Counted from the whole stretch's first letter, positions 1 to 11,860 are shown. The stretch is 62,927 nt of DNA, filler included, from Gonapodya sp. JEL0774 (GCA_027604505.1; 20 parts of 20 records of this genome joined end to end with filler, not necessarily neighbours in it); one strand, 5' to 3'. Numbers and translations are program-made. The notes: generated from the letters alone by a model not told the origin.

Positions 1-1086
1 CGGCCCGAGGTTGTTGGGGTTCTGAGAAAGGCGTTCGCGAAGCAAGTGACGGAACAAAAGTTTTTCGACGACACTCTTCGGGATGACATCGGAATTGCGG
101 TATGTCCACTGTCTGCAAGAATTTGTGATCGTACTCTCGTGGAACCTAGTGACAAAGTGGGATCTGCTTCGTGGTATAATCACCTCGTCACGTGTACATG
201 GTTCTGGCAGAACTTCCTACACACTAGAGACCTTGTCGAACCACCTCACGCTCCTCCACCCTCGCCAGCGGAATTCGATCAACAGCAGTGGATCTCGTTC
301 CTTCTGAACATGTACAACTTCAAGCCTGTCGATGCTTTTGAAGCACCCCCCGTGAAACGACAAAAGGATCTGTTCGCGAGTGCGCTCTCACACTCAAACA
401 TTCCCCGTCAGATAATTCTTATAAACATGGCTATATGGGACATGGATCGACGTGGATATCCACCGTTGGAGCGACTTGTCAAATCGAACGTCATCAATTC
501 CTCGTCGCATCTGTTCTGGGTCATCGATTGGCTGTGCGCAGGCTCTTTAGAAGGCGAGGACCTAGATATTTTGTTGGAGACCCCGCGGTGCAGCTGGTAC
601 GATGCGTGGGACTCGTGCGATGGGCGAGGAGTTTGCGATGGAGTGTCAGTGGTGCGGTCGTTGGGTGAGAGGCAGGTGCGCTCCCGCTCAAGTATCTCTG
701 ATTGGACCGAGATACTTTGGTCGTTGCTTGGACTTCTTGGTCACACGCTTGATTCTTGGAGAACGCTCGGAAAGATCATGCACCAGATCGACACGAGGGC
801 CGAAGTGATGACCTCGTTACTCTGGAGGATGCGTGAATCCTACGAAGATCATGACGTTGAGGACCATGTCGCAGTTGTGGGGTATCTGTACGGAAGGCAT
901 GGGATTCCCCTGCACTTGAGCACGCAGCTTGTGGAAGACTTGTTTCTGGTGGACCTCTTGCGATGGGCGCATTTGGAGCTCGTCGTGGACAAGCTAAAGC
1001 TGTCTGTTTCTCAACAAGACGACTTACGGAGACGCATGGTGGCGTTTAGAGGAGCTAAGGCATTGAAGTTGCAATTGGGAGTGTAA
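1..1086 (+). CDS. Orphan protein, 5'-truncated, uninterrupted ORF of over 360 codons
   Basis: Frame is open from base 1 (RPEVVGVLRKAF...) to TAA at 1086. Trp/Leu-rich globular composition, no recognised motif. Confidence 0.6.
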   Translation, partial: RPEVVGVLRKAFAKQVTEQKFFDDTLRDDIGIAVCPLSARICDRTLVEPSDKVGSASWYNHLVTCTWFWQNFLHTRDLVEPPHAPPPSPAEFDQQQWISFLLNMYNFKPVDAFEAPPVKRQKDLFASALSHSNIPRQIILINMAIWDMDRRGYPPLERLVKSNVINSSSHLFWVIDWLCAGSLEGEDLDILLETPRCSWYDAWDSCDGRGVCDGVSVVRSLGERQVRSRSSISDWTEILWSLLGLLGHTLDSWRTLGKIMHQIDTRAEVMTSLLWRMRESYEDHDVEDHVAVVGYLYGRHGIPLHLSTQLVEDLFLVDLLRWAHLELVVDKLKLSVSQQDDLRRRMVAFRGAKALKLQLGV

Positions 1087-1538
1087 AGGCAGTGATTATA
1101 CATGCGGCATGTGCTTTTTGGGGGTTTAGCACTGCTTCTCCAAAGAAGACTCTACTTACTCTCAAATACAAGAGAGCTGAGAAAAGTGCGAACTGAGTGC
1201 CAATTATATGTCAAAGGGGTGTGGAAGTGTTGAACTCCACCTGAAATATTCCGTGAAAAGCAGGCTGAGTATGTTGAACATTTGTGCGAACAAACAACTG
1301 TCCGAGGAGAGTCAATTGAATACTGTAATAAGGAATGAAGTTACACGTCGGCCGGGATTCCCGGGAGCTTTCACGGAAAACGCACGGGGCGAAGCACAGC
1401 AAACACTTAGTGCACTCTATTTAGTATTGTAAGTTTAATAAGCCCAGACGTCGCATTCGGTTCGCACAATGTCATGCTCGACAAACATGATGCACATTCA
1501 CATCCAGTAACTAACCAAACTCAAGCTGATCCGGTCTC

Positions 1539-3065
1539 TCATTTCTTTGGCGATTGCCTCCCCGACCCGCCCACAATGTTCTTCGACCCACCACTCGACC
1601 CCACCACACCAACCCCTCGCATCCCCAGTCCCTCCCCCGCACTCCCACTCCCACTGCCCGCAGGCCGCGTCCCTCTCATACTGGAAACCGAGCTGGACCT
1701 CGTAGGCGACTTGGGCAGGGGAGTGGACGAGCGGTTGGGGGTTGTCGCGCCCGAGCGCACTGGCGATCCGGGCTTGGAGGAAGGTCGGGACGTGGCGGGT
1801 GGTGTGGTGGAGCCACGAGGTGGGAGTGGTCCTGAAACATGAAGGAAATGTGACGAGTAGTGTTTTTTTCATGAAAATAATCAGCACAACCATGGCGTCA
1901 GTTCTCACCAGACCCAATCGTCACTGGCTTGACGCTCGTGGGGGGTGCTTGTGCGACCCGCGCCATGGAACCCACGGATCCAGCTCTGGAGGGGACGCGA
2001 GATGCGTTCGTGGACGCTACACGAGAAGCTGGGTGACTGCCTGCGCGCGAGGACATTCCCGACGGTGCTTTGGAGACGGGTTTGGAAGGCGGGTGGATAC
2101 CAGCCTTCGAAATTTTTAGGGTTCGGTTCATGTCACGATCTTGGGGAGACATTTAGGCCCAGGTGACATGAGCAGAACAACGTACTTCTCCAAGGAGTTC
2201 TGTTATTCTCTGCCGGACATATTGCATCCCTTCCTCTGAGCACGCATCCGAAATTTTTTGCATCGCCGTGCCGGTAAAATCCTTGGCCAGTTTGATGGCA
2301 ATATCAATCTCCTCCGACAGTGGCTCCTTGGCCTCCCAATCCCGTGCCCGCTTGATCTCTTTTGACAAACGTTCCATCGTCCTCACCGCCCGCTCCCTTT
2401 TGCCCTCACAGTCCGCCACGTCCCGCTCAATCTGGGCCATCTTGGTCTCCAAGAGAGCGAGCTGCTGCGTCTTGCGGGTTTCGTCCGAGGAGAGAGAGGA
2501 CAGCATCTCTTCCAGGGACCGCACTTGGTCCGTGTGGTGCTGGATGTCTTGGCGGAGTGCCTTGTAGCGATCCATGGCTGCACCGTACTGGTTGTCCAAG
2601 AGTGCCTTTTGGTTAAGATCTTTCGAGGAAAGGTCGGCATTATAGAGGCTGACGACACCACGATTGGGGGTGAGGATTACAATGCCCGGATGTTCCGTCG
2701 GGACCAACTCACTTTGTCCGGTACTTCTCGTTCCGCTCATTCATGAGCCGCAGCGTATTCTCCAGTGCCTTTAACTCCCTTTCGGTCTTTCGGATCCTCG
2801 CATCCAGATCGTCGCCTTCCTTTTGCAGTTCCTCTCTCAATTGAGCTGCCCGGATGATGTAGTATGCCTGGCTCCTCTCTTCCCCGTTTTCGCCAACTGA
2901 TCCTTGCCCATCCTCTCCTCCGCTACCCATCTTTCCCATCATTAGCTCGTATCGCCGTTTGATGATCGCCAATTTGGCAGCACGATCCCTCTGATCCTGA
3001 GCCACCTTGTACCTCTCCTCCTCTGCCTGCCGCAATTTGACTCGGAGCATCTCCCGAGACACCTC
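1539..3065 (-). CDS. CCDC39: Coiled-coil domain-containing protein 39 (axonemal ruler, FAP59), 3' part, multi-exon
   Basis: SQAYYIIRAAQLREELQKEGDDLDARIRKTERELKALENTL matches the CCDC39 conserved block. GT-AG introns near 2652-2712 and 2107-2184, then a low-complexity Ser-rich tail ending SPKK*. Confidence 0.85.
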
Positions 3066-3165
3066 NNNNNNNNNNNNNNNNNNNNNNNNNNNNNNNNNNN
3101 NNNNNNNNNTTAATTAATTAANNNNNNNNNNNNNNNNNNNNNNNNNNNNNNNNNNNNNNNNNNNN
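3066..3165. other. Artificial contig linker (N-run + TTAATTAATTAA + N-run), first of 19 identical copies
   Basis: The same 100-nt spacer starts at 3066, 6229, 9390, 12550, 15709, 18864, 22019, 25174, 28328, 31480, 34630, 37779, 40928, 44075, 47221, 50365, 53509, 56650 and 59789. It gives stops in all six frames, and the intervening segments never increase in length. Confidence 0.98.
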
Positions 3166-3366
3166 TTGAGTCCAGGTGGGGGCATGCGACAAGCTGTTAA
3201 TGCCGAAGCTGCGGATACAGAAGGAGTCGCGGAGAAGATGACCGAGCAGAGCAGGTTTTGGTGTTGCGGAGTATGGGGTACATCTGGCATCAACAAGGAG
3301 GGGAGGCGTGTGCTGGATTCAGTGGGGAAGCTATACTCAAAAGAAATCGTGGCTTCTGCGGCATGA
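3166..3366 (+). CDS. 3' end of an unidentified gene
   Basis: Frame is open from the contig edge to TGA at 3366 and is followed by AT-richer UTR-like sequence. Confidence 0.35.
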   Translation: MSPGGGMRQAVNAEAADTEGVAEKMTEQSRFWCCGVWGTSGINKEGRRVLDSVGKLYSKEIVASAA

Positions 3367-3927
3367 CTTGATAATGAGTGCGAAGAAAAGTGTCGAGCGC
3401 TGGTTCCCTTTCTCTGGGAGTGCTTTATGCACCCGACGTACGCGCGACGGTTCAATCACGGATTTAGTTTTCCAAACATTTGCAAATCATTCTTCTGTTA
3501 TATGATAGTTTGTCGTGAAATACCGGAAATGCAATCTGGATGTAGTTAATATTCGCGGAGATTTGCTCACGACTAGTCGACTGATCCCGATTACTACAAC
3601 TGAACAGATGGCATCGGAAAAGCTCATTGAACCAACATTCGTCGATCGATATCATCATATTTCATTATATTTTACACATATATATGATATTGCTCCCAGT
3701 TCTTGACTGCCTTGATAACCTCGTGAAGCCGAAAACTGCCATGTGTATAAAAGGACCTTCTGCAGTGCCCAAGCCAATCCCAATCCTGATTGCATTTCCA
3801 AAGTCAATTCATTTCAATTTGTAGATTGAACAGTAAGTCGCAATGTCATCAGTCTCCTCTTGCTCGACTTCCCGAATGTCGGCCTTCGACCCACTGAGTG
3901 TACGTTCAGGCTCACATCTCACTCCTG

Positions 3928-6033
3928 TTACCTTCCAACCTGCCACCTTGGCTCAGCCCACCACCTTCCACCCTCCTCCTTTTCTTCCAACACTCCAGCT
4001 ACAACGTCCTCCACCATCCCCTCCACGTCCCCGAACTCTACCAACAATCTTCCATTCGCGTCCATCAACACCCCGGGAGTTTCGAAACATGACATGAGTG
4101 GTGCAAGATCATGCGAAGCTAGAAGCGCTTCTGATGCTGCGCTGGGTCGGTATGATGGGGAAGGGGGTGAGATTGTGGATGCTGATGCGGACCCGGCCGA
4201 GAGGAAGCGGAGGCGGTCGGTGAGGGCGGAGACTCGTCGTGCGACGCCTACGGGAGGTAGACTGTTTCGAAGTCTCGCAAGCTCTGATGGATCGTCGAAC
4301 CTGTCCACCAGTCCGTTGCCGTTGGGATCTAGGAGCGGACGTAATCGGTGGTACAGCTGAGCACCACCTTGCGCAAACAGGCGGCGGAGTAGGGCTGGGG
4401 GCGCACGATAGGAGTTCCTAGATGAGGGCCGTCGGATGCCGCTCGTAACTGTAGAAAAGTCGGGTTCGTCACGGGGGATGTGCGGCAAGACGGAGAGGTA
4501 GGGGTGAAAAGTTCGACGGAAGTGGGGGCGGAATGTGGTGACGGTGTATCTATCAAGGCTACGTAGCGGGGACTGAGGCTCGGTGTTTGCCACATCGGGA
4601 TTACGACCCATTGCGGTGAGACCGCGGGGTGGTGGACGGGTGCCAGAAGTCTCAGAGGTAGGGTCTGGTGGACTCAACAGGTCTGACGCAGAAGGAAACC
4701 CTGAGTTAAGGTGAGGACGGGCCTCGTGCGGAAGGTTGTACCCCGAGGCAGTTGTTGATGGGGGTGAGGATGGAGACATCACAGTGGGGCTTCTAACTGA
4801 GGGTAGCCTGGGGGGAGGGGCAGAAACATCCACAAGCGTTCCGATTGAGGTCGAGACAGTAGGATTAGATTCACGGATCTCAAGCCGGCGGCGTGGGGAG
4901 CGTGAGAAGATTGGGGAGAGGAGGGAGTTGTTTGACACAATATCTCTCTCGCTCGCGACAGAGCTTTCAAGGGATTGCTCGAATGCCAGTGAGCGCAGTG
5001 ATTGGACGTTCGGTGGGTCAGACATCACTGTCGCGATCGTAACTGGCACCCCGCTTATGGGGATACTTGGAGGATTTGATTCTGTATCATCCTTGTCGTC
5101 ATCATCCTCGGAAAGGGTAACACCAGAAATTGGGCCTGCAGTAGCAGCACGAGCAATGGCAGTCGAGGGAGTCGGTTCCGAGTCTGGGTTTACACCACTA
5201 CGGGATGATTCCAATCCTCCCCCGTCACGGAACTCATCCCGCATTCCTCTGCGAACCAGTCCTTGATCATCTCCTCGTAATCCATCTTCCATTTCAGCCA
5301 TGCGACGAATTTCTCCCTCGTTCATGACCCCAAGGGGCACTGGCACGCCACCAAGCAACAGACCGTAAGTTGGTTCGGTGGCCGGATATCTACGATGCCG
5401 TCGTGAGTGTTGAGAACGACTTGATTGAGCAGGTTGCAGATGTTCCGGTGAACGTAAGTCGTAGACGCGCCGACGGGTGCTTACGTATGGTGGAGAGTTT
5501 GGGGACAGGCTCGGTTCTGAGTCAAGTGGCAGAGGACGACCTTGTTGGAAAGAAGCTCTCGGTACAGAGGCACCAGTGTAATAAGAATACTCTGCATCCG
5601 AGGTACTCGAGCCTGATTCCGAGCTCGACATGTCCTGCTCGCCATTGTCGTAAGGGCTCTCTGGCTGGTCCACTACAACGACTTCCTGCCAGCCCGGCGA
5701 CCGGGTCGAGTATATAGATTGTTCACCACCTTCCCCCGATTCTTGAGTAGACGCAGCAGGGAGCGGCGGACCGAGTGGTTGCCATGAACCATACTGCGAG
5801 TACTCTGCAGGTCCCACCCTCGCTTGTTCCATCGGCTCAGACAGCCCAGCGTTCAGAAAAGGCGACAAGAAATCAATGTCCAGGTCATCGTCGATTCCAA
5901 TATCTCCGTAGTTGACACCTTCCATGGATACCACGAGAGTTGAGATCAGCTGTTGAAGGTTGAGATTCATTGCAGCCGATATTTTGTATGACACACGCTT
6001 TTCAAGCCACCGCATTCTGAACTTCGATTCCAT
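3928..6033 (-). CDS. Long intronless Ser/Pro/Arg-rich, probably disordered protein of unknown function
   Basis: 701-codon ORF with low-complexity composition; the true start may be a downstream Met (MEGVNYG). Confidence 0.65.
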   Translation of the reverse strand: MESKFRMRWLEKRVSYKISAAMNLNLQQLISTLVVSMEGVNYGDIGIDDDLDIDFLSPFLNAGLSEPMEQARVGPAEYSQYGSWQPLGPPLPAASTQESGEGGEQSIYSTRSPGWQEVVVVDQPESPYDNGEQDMSSSESGSSTSDAEYSYYTGASVPRASFQQGRPLPLDSEPSLSPNSPPYVSTRRRVYDLRSPEHLQPAQSSRSQHSRRHRRYPATEPTYGLLLGGVPVPLGVMNEGEIRRMAEMEDGLRGDDQGLVRRGMRDEFRDGGGLESSRSGVNPDSEPTPSTAIARAATAGPISGVTLSEDDDDKDDTESNPPSIPISGVPVTIATVMSDPPNVQSLRSLAFEQSLESSVASERDIVSNNSLLSPIFSRSPRRRLEIRESNPTVSTSIGTLVDVSAPPPRLPSVRSPTVMSPSSPPSTTASGYNLPHEARPHLNSGFPSASDLLSPPDPTSETSGTRPPPRGLTAMGRNPDVANTEPQSPLRSLDRYTVTTFRPHFRRTFHPYLSVLPHIPRDEPDFSTVTSGIRRPSSRNSYRAPPALLRRLFAQGGAQLYHRLRPLLDPNGNGLVDRFDDPSELARLRNSLPPVGVARRVSALTDRLRFLSAGSASASTISPPSPSYRPSAASEALLASHDLAPLMSCFETPGVLMDANGRLLVEFGDVEGMVEDVVAGVLEEKEEGGRWWAEPRWQVGR

Positions 6034-6328
6034 GTATCAACAACAATAGTGCATCTTTTGCAACAGTGGATCTTCCGATTGGTGTTCTGAGGTTACTGTG
6101 CATTGCGCCAAAACATGAGTTCCAGCGCGACACCACTTAATAATTCAGAACGCAAAATGTCTATATTCACTGCTCTAGAATCGGTTTACAATATGCAAAT
6201 GATTTTGGGGTGTCCACACATGCAATGGNNNNNNNNNNNNNNNNNNNNNNNNNNNNNNNNNNNNNNNNNNNNTTAATTAATTAANNNNNNNNNNNNNNNN
6301 NNNNNNNNNNNNNNNNNNNNNNNNNNNN

Positions 6329-7169
6329 GCCACGGACATGAAAGGTGATCTGCTTCTTTGGAAGTTCGAGACGTCACAGTCGGCGGTGAATCCGTATATG
6401 GTGCTTAATTGCCATAATGGTGGTGTCCATGATTTCGTGTTCTTGGGGTCCACGAGTATGGTCGCGACGGCGGGGTTGTCGACGGGAAGCGGCAACGTGT
6501 GTATTTGGGACACAATGATGCCGGAATCAAAGAGGAAGGCCAAATGTGGGTTGCAACAGGAGTGATTGCGCCGCTACGTTACTTGACAACTTTCTGCGTT
6601 TTCACAGCCTTCAGCGTCAATGAAAGCGGCGCCTACTCTCTGGCATTTTCAATGAGACACCAGCTCCTCATATCAGGTGGCAAGAAGGGTGACATTTGTA
6701 AGTTTGAAGAAGAACCTGGTTTGCTTCGATTGAGGAATCCTTTATCCGCCATCACGGAAACAGCTGTCTTTGACGTCCGTCGGCGAGCCCTCGTGAACAC
6801 TTTTCAGGGACACCAACTCATGGTGAAGACGCTTACTGTTGATGAGGATAATGACGTGCTGGTGTCGGGTTCGACCGATGGTGATGTGAAAATATGGGAT
6901 CTCAAGCTATTCCATCAGGCTGATGTCTGGAAGAACGTCCACGCCAAGCATCACGTACTGAGGAAACCAGGAGATGGTAGAGGAAGCCCAGTGAGTTTGA
7001 GTTTCAATGTAAAACTCCTTCCGCAAAGGTAACCAATTACGTTCCCAAAAACCCTTAGATTGGTACGTATGGCGTTATGGACATGGCTGTAATATCTGGA
7101 GTGTTGTTCACGTGCGGTGCTGACGGTACCGTCCAGAGGGGTGTAATTCGCACGAGCGGAGGGATATAA
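6329..7169 (+). CDS. DmX-like/rabconnectin-3alpha (Rav1-related) protein, C-terminal WD40 repeats
   Basis: CHNGGVHDFVFLGSTSMVATAG..NVCIWDT, QLLISGGKKGDI, FDVRRR..FQGH and SGSTDGDVKIWD resemble the DMXL1/2 C-terminus; three short introns. Confidence 0.75.
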
Positions 7170-7313
7170 TAAACGGTCATAAAAATTATTGCACAGACAC
7201 TTGTATGTTGAGATTAATCAAGACAAGAACTCAGCGAAGGAAGCAGCGAAGTTGGGGAGGTTGGTTTATGTGCAATTCATAAGAGGGATCACGTCTTGTA
7301 ATCGATCATCCCA

Positions 7314-9389
7314 ATGAACTTCCAGAACTTCGACATCTCGGTTGGTGGAAGATCGCAACTTCCCTCTGAGCTGAAAATGGCAATATGCTAACTTTTCCTG
7401 CCTCCTTTCCCTTGGTAATCTCTGTGTTATTCTTCTCAACTGCAGGAAGCCATCTCGCAGGGCGCCGCATACCTACACAAGGCAAAGCAGGTTGTCTTGC
7501 AATACGGCGAATGGGAGGCAAAAGTGCGGGTGAGTTGAGATGGCTATACTTGGTGGACGGCTGGTTGGCAGTCGGTACAGTGGGTCTTCTTCACAGCGGC
7601 CGCTGAAAGATCTTTATGTTCTGCGACTGCCGTTCTAGGACGCTACAAACAATGAAGGTGATTAATCTCTGAGGATAGGCTAAGATGCTTTGGTACGGGA
7701 AGTCAGTATCTAACGCTCGAAAACTTGGACACCAAAGCGTGGGGAGCATCCAGCACTCTCATGCTTGAAATCGCGGAGGGCACGAACCGGGGAGGATCGG
7801 AGGCGTTCAACGAAATCATGGATAATATCTATAAAAGATTCTCCGAACCGAGGGATAAGTGGAGATGTATCTACAAGGTACGGTTTCAAGAACATGCAGC
7901 CCTTACCCCCTTTCAAGCTGACAAGAGTGCCATTATTGTTCAAAATCACCCTACGCAGGCGCTCACACTACTAGAGTATCTCGTTAAAAACGGCTCAGAA
8001 AGGGTCGTTGATAACGCTCGCGACCATATTTATGCTATAAAAGGTGCGACAGAGATGACCATTTATCACTCTTTTCTGCTTCGTCCGACATGGACATTGA
8101 TCCGAAACATCGTGTTCGTGCTGTTTTATCTAGTTCTGAAAGAGTTTCAGTTCGTGGATGACAAGGCTAAAGACCAGGGCCTCAACGGTGACGCATCCTT
8201 GCCTTGTGTTTTGGAGCTTTGTACTGATTCATGCTTGACTCCTTCAGTCCGTAATCGTGCCAAAGAAATCGTTGACCTCCTCGGTGACACAGAGCGCATC
8301 AAGTTCGAGCGCCGAAAAGCCAGAGAGAACCGCAATAAGTACACTGCAATCGGCTCGGACTCAGCACGCTCAGGAGGTGGTGGCGGTGGGGGCCGATATG
8401 GAGGTTTCGGGAGCGATTCATACAGGTCCGGTGGCGACTCTTATAGCTCGGGTGGTGGAGCCGGATTCAGAGACGAGGATCGCGGCGACTCTGGCTGGAG
8501 ATCTGCCTCACCGACGCAATCGGAGCCATCAAAGTCGTGAGGATGACGCTTCAATATGTCTCAACGCCAACCGATGATCACCTCTTACCTGCTCTTTTCC
8601 TCCAACCCAGAACCCCCGCACCTGCACCGGTCACCACACAAACACCGGCTCCCGTCGTTGCGCCTGCCGCTCCCGCTGCCCCAGCCGTCAACTTGCTCGA
8701 CTGGGACGCGGCTCCTGCCGCTCCACCACAGCAGGCCGCGTCTTCGCAGGGATGGGCAGCCTTCCCTCCCCCACAGCAGACTGCGCAGGCGTCCGTCACT
8801 GGTAAGCGTAAATGAAGCGTCGCAATCTCTCAAAAAGCCACTTCGGTATACCGCTTCGCTTGGTTAGATGACTTCGGTGGATTTCAGTCTGCTGGCTCTT
8901 CCGCTCCCCAACCTGCCGTCGCAGCCTCTGGGTGGGCAGATTTCGGAGGGTTCCAAGGCCCCAGCACTCCAGGACCTGCGGCGCAGCCGGCTGGATTCCA
9001 GCCTCCGGCCCCTGCACCTGCCTTTGCAGCATTCAGCGCGCCGACTCCTGCCCCTGTGCAATCCTTCGGTGGAACAGCCGCGAACCCCTTCTCGGCCTTC
9101 CCAAATGCACAACAGGCTGCACAACCGTCTTTCGGGTTTGCGCAGCCGCAACAGCAGCAAGTTCCACCTTTTGGTGCACCATTAGGTATGTCGGCAGGTG
9201 GGATCCAACAAGGTTTTGGGGCTTCAAGACCCATGATGCAGCCACAGGGAAGCTTTGGGGCATTTGGGGGAGCGGTGAGTGCTTTGTCAGCATGACTTCG
9301 ACGGATTTGCTAACATTTTCCTCTTCGAACACACTAGGCCGTTTCCCCGACCACCACTTCCACCAATCCATTCGGTTTTGGTACCCCTT
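7314..9389 (+). CDS. ENT3: ENTH-domain epsin-like protein (Ent3/epsinR type), 3'-truncated
   Basis: WEAKVR..ATNNE..WGASSTLMLEIA, WRCIYKALTLLEYLVKNGSERVV, DQGLNVRNRAKEIV, YGGFGSD, NLLD, DDFGGF and NPF motifs; many short introns. Confidence 0.88.
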
Positions 9390-9567
9390 NNNNNNNNNNN
9401 NNNNNNNNNNNNNNNNNNNNNNNNNNNNNNNNNTTAATTAATTAANNNNNNNNNNNNNNNNNNNNNNNNNNNNNNNNNNNNNNNNNNNNAACACTTCGTA
9501 AATATTTCCTTATCCGGTGGTCGAGGGATGAAAACTGTTTTAAAACATCATTTATTCACTACAAACC

Positions 9568-10140
9568 CTAAGGTGCCGGTGGAGGCGGGGGGGCTGGAGG
9601 ATCCGGGGCCGGAGCCGGGGGAGAAGGTGGCACAGGTGGTGGTGGAGCCCACGGATCTGGATCCAAACATATGTGATCGATACATCCTGGTGGTGGCGGA
9701 GCTGGAGGCGCTGGAGGTGCTGGAGGCGCTGGTGGGGAAGTCGCTGGTGGGGGTGGGTCAATCCATGGTAGAGGGTCCGGTAGTGGAGAGGGGTCTGGGG
9801 GGAAACCATACGGCACGCAGCGTCCACTGACACCTGGTTCGGCAAGAGTTTTATGAATCCCACCACGTCCGGTCTCGGCCAACGATTAACAACAACAAAC
9901 AATTCACTCACATGTTTCATCATCTGCACAATCGATGCAAACAGGGGGATTAACTTTCGACCGTTTCTTTGGTGTAATGGGCTCCAGGTGTCTTGGGCCG
10001 CGCGCAATGGGGGTCGCAGCCCCCTCTACGATCAAATGCGCTTGAGGAGCAAAAGATGCCACCGCGACAAGTGCGGCAACAATCGAGAGCAGGACCAAAA
10101 GCCAGCGGGCGACGCGAAGTGAAAGCTCTCCAAAGGCCAT
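9568..10140 (-). CDS. Secreted or anchored small Cys-motif, proline-rich (extensin-like) protein
   Basis: Hydrophobic N-terminus (WLLVLLSIVAALVAVA). One GT-AG intron joins CIDCADDETC to VSGRCVPYG, followed by a PPAPPAPP-rich tail. Confidence 0.6.
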
Positions 10141-10250
10141 TGCAGGGGTGGCACTCCGGCGGGTGACGTTAAGGCCTTTTGCTCGTCGGGTTTCCGCGAA
10201 GAGAGGTGAAATGAGGGTCAATTATGTCGTATTTGAATGGACAGATTTTG

Positions 10251-10372
10251 GACGGCTGTGTCTTTCCTGCGTTTGTCTTAGTCCAGGCACTTCACAGTTG
10301 TTTAGGGCAAACCTGCCCACGACCTGAGACGACAAACACACCAACACCGCCCAGAGCCAAGACTTGAGAAAA
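10251..10372. repeat. Dispersed direct repeat, copy A (copy B at 11755-11860)
   Basis: Shared colinear blocks GACGGCTGTGTC, TCTTAGTCCAGGC, AGGGCAAACCTG and ACACCGCCCAGAGCC-AGACTT-AGAAA. Confidence 0.8.
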
Positions 10373-10764
10373 TAAATCGGGTTCTACTTTGAGACACTGA
10401 ACGTGAAGGTAAACGAAAATGCAGCCATTTCTCAAAACTGAAATAGCAGTCCGGTAATCGTCGGCCTGCCTCTGTACTCACTGCGGGGACATCGTTCTTG
10501 GTCTGGCAGGACGCGAAAAGCCCACCAGAACATGTAAGCGGCTTGCTATTCTAACAATATGTAGAGCTTAGAAATTCATGAAATGCTGGCAGTTTTGGAT
10601 CAGTATGGAATCAAATGCCCATGAGCCTGTTGGGCCACAGCACTCGAGCTTTCTGGTTGTGACGAGCACGATCGAGAAGGTGGCGATCGCTTACAAGGCT
10701 TGGTGGTTCTCATCCTGTGGATTGCATGGATTCTGATTTGGTGGTTGTTTGGTTTCTGAGTGGC

Positions 10765-10860
10765 AAGGGGAACATAAAACCCACCAACACTGTGCTCGAA
10801 ATATGTCCTGCAAAAGGAAACCTGACCATGAAGCTTATCAAGAAGGCGAATGGAGTGCAA
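10765..10860 (+). pseudogene. Degenerate fragment of a DIM1/KsgA rRNA adenine dimethyltransferase
   Basis: NIKPTNTVLEICPAKGNLTMKLIKKA resembles DIM1 motif I (T.VVLE.GPG.GN.T.KLL.KA) but has lost the glycines; no rest of the gene is visible. Confidence 0.5.
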
Positions 10861-11754
10861 TCAAGTTCAGCTTGTGAGGTAGACTCGGTGTGGTCTGATT
10901 CGATAATGTCCTCGCAAAAGACGACACGGAGTCCGATCCTCGAAGGGCGGCATAATTGTAAAGCGAATTCAAGCAGAACGAGTAGACAAAGCTTCATTGG
11001 GAACTCCTGATCTCTCGGACGCCTCGTGGCTACTAGTTTGGAAACCACTCTGAAACTCGCACAACGAATCATGCAAACTTTTGAACAATTAACATTGCTC
11101 CATCGACCCGAAACTGCCCTTTCGGCTCTTTAAGAGATCGATTGAGCACAAGCTTCACGCTGGCGATACTCGCTGCAAAACAGCAGATGCCTTGGCAATA
11201 TTGCTGTCGGAAAAGTGCCTCAGCAATGAAATCAGCGAAGGGGTGCCTTTCGTTTATAGTTCTGTGCTGGAGGTGTCCCGGTATCGGAGAAGGTAAAATG
11301 CCCTGATCCGTCCTCCTCGAGAGGTGGGGCTCCGCAGTGCTTCCACTCTTTCTTGACGACCCATCGCAACTCGTCGTGGTCAAATTTTAAATTTGAGCAG
11401 GTGATTGGATTCCTCTGTCGTCACGCCGTGAGGTGCACTCCGAAGTGTCCGCAGGGGTTATAGGCGGTGACGAATCACCAGCACGCTGGAACGAATGAAA
11501 TCATGCCTTGAGGTGTGGTGTGTGATAGAACCACTCAACTGTGCTTTAGCTGTGAAGTCTTTTCCTCAAAGAATAAACAGGGTGACAACTGCGCTCGGGA
11601 GATGATATGCTCCTACTATCAGGTGTCTTTCCTCTTGTTCTGATCCACCGACCGCGGACCCTTGTTTCTGCTCGCGTAATGAAACGATGAACGCTTCTTT
11701 TGGACCAGTAGAAACTCTCCATAGACTCAAAAGTGTGCCGTGCGCAAATGAAGC

Positions 11755-11860
11755 GACGGCTGTGTCATTCGTGAGTTCATCTTAGTCCAGGCCCTCAGGA
11801 TTGTTGAGGGCAAACCTGTGGCAAGACAGCGACACCGCCCAGAGCCGAGACTTCAGAAAT
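11755..11860. repeat. Dispersed direct repeat, copy B, able to form a hairpin
   Basis: See copy A. Contains a perfect GCCCTCA/TGAGGGC stem and an outer GGCTGTGTC/GACACCGCC stem. Confidence 0.8.

Noticed and set aside
4736..5266. Many 60-190 aa antisense or shadow ORFs (this one and others in the ORF track)
   Set aside because: They are opposite-strand shadows of real GC-rich coding exons.
11755..11860. Riboswitch, SECIS or hammerhead interpretation of the hairpin repeat
   Set aside because: The required cores (CUGAUGA/GAAA, SECIS UGA-GA quartet with apical AA, full c-di-GMP motif) are not present.
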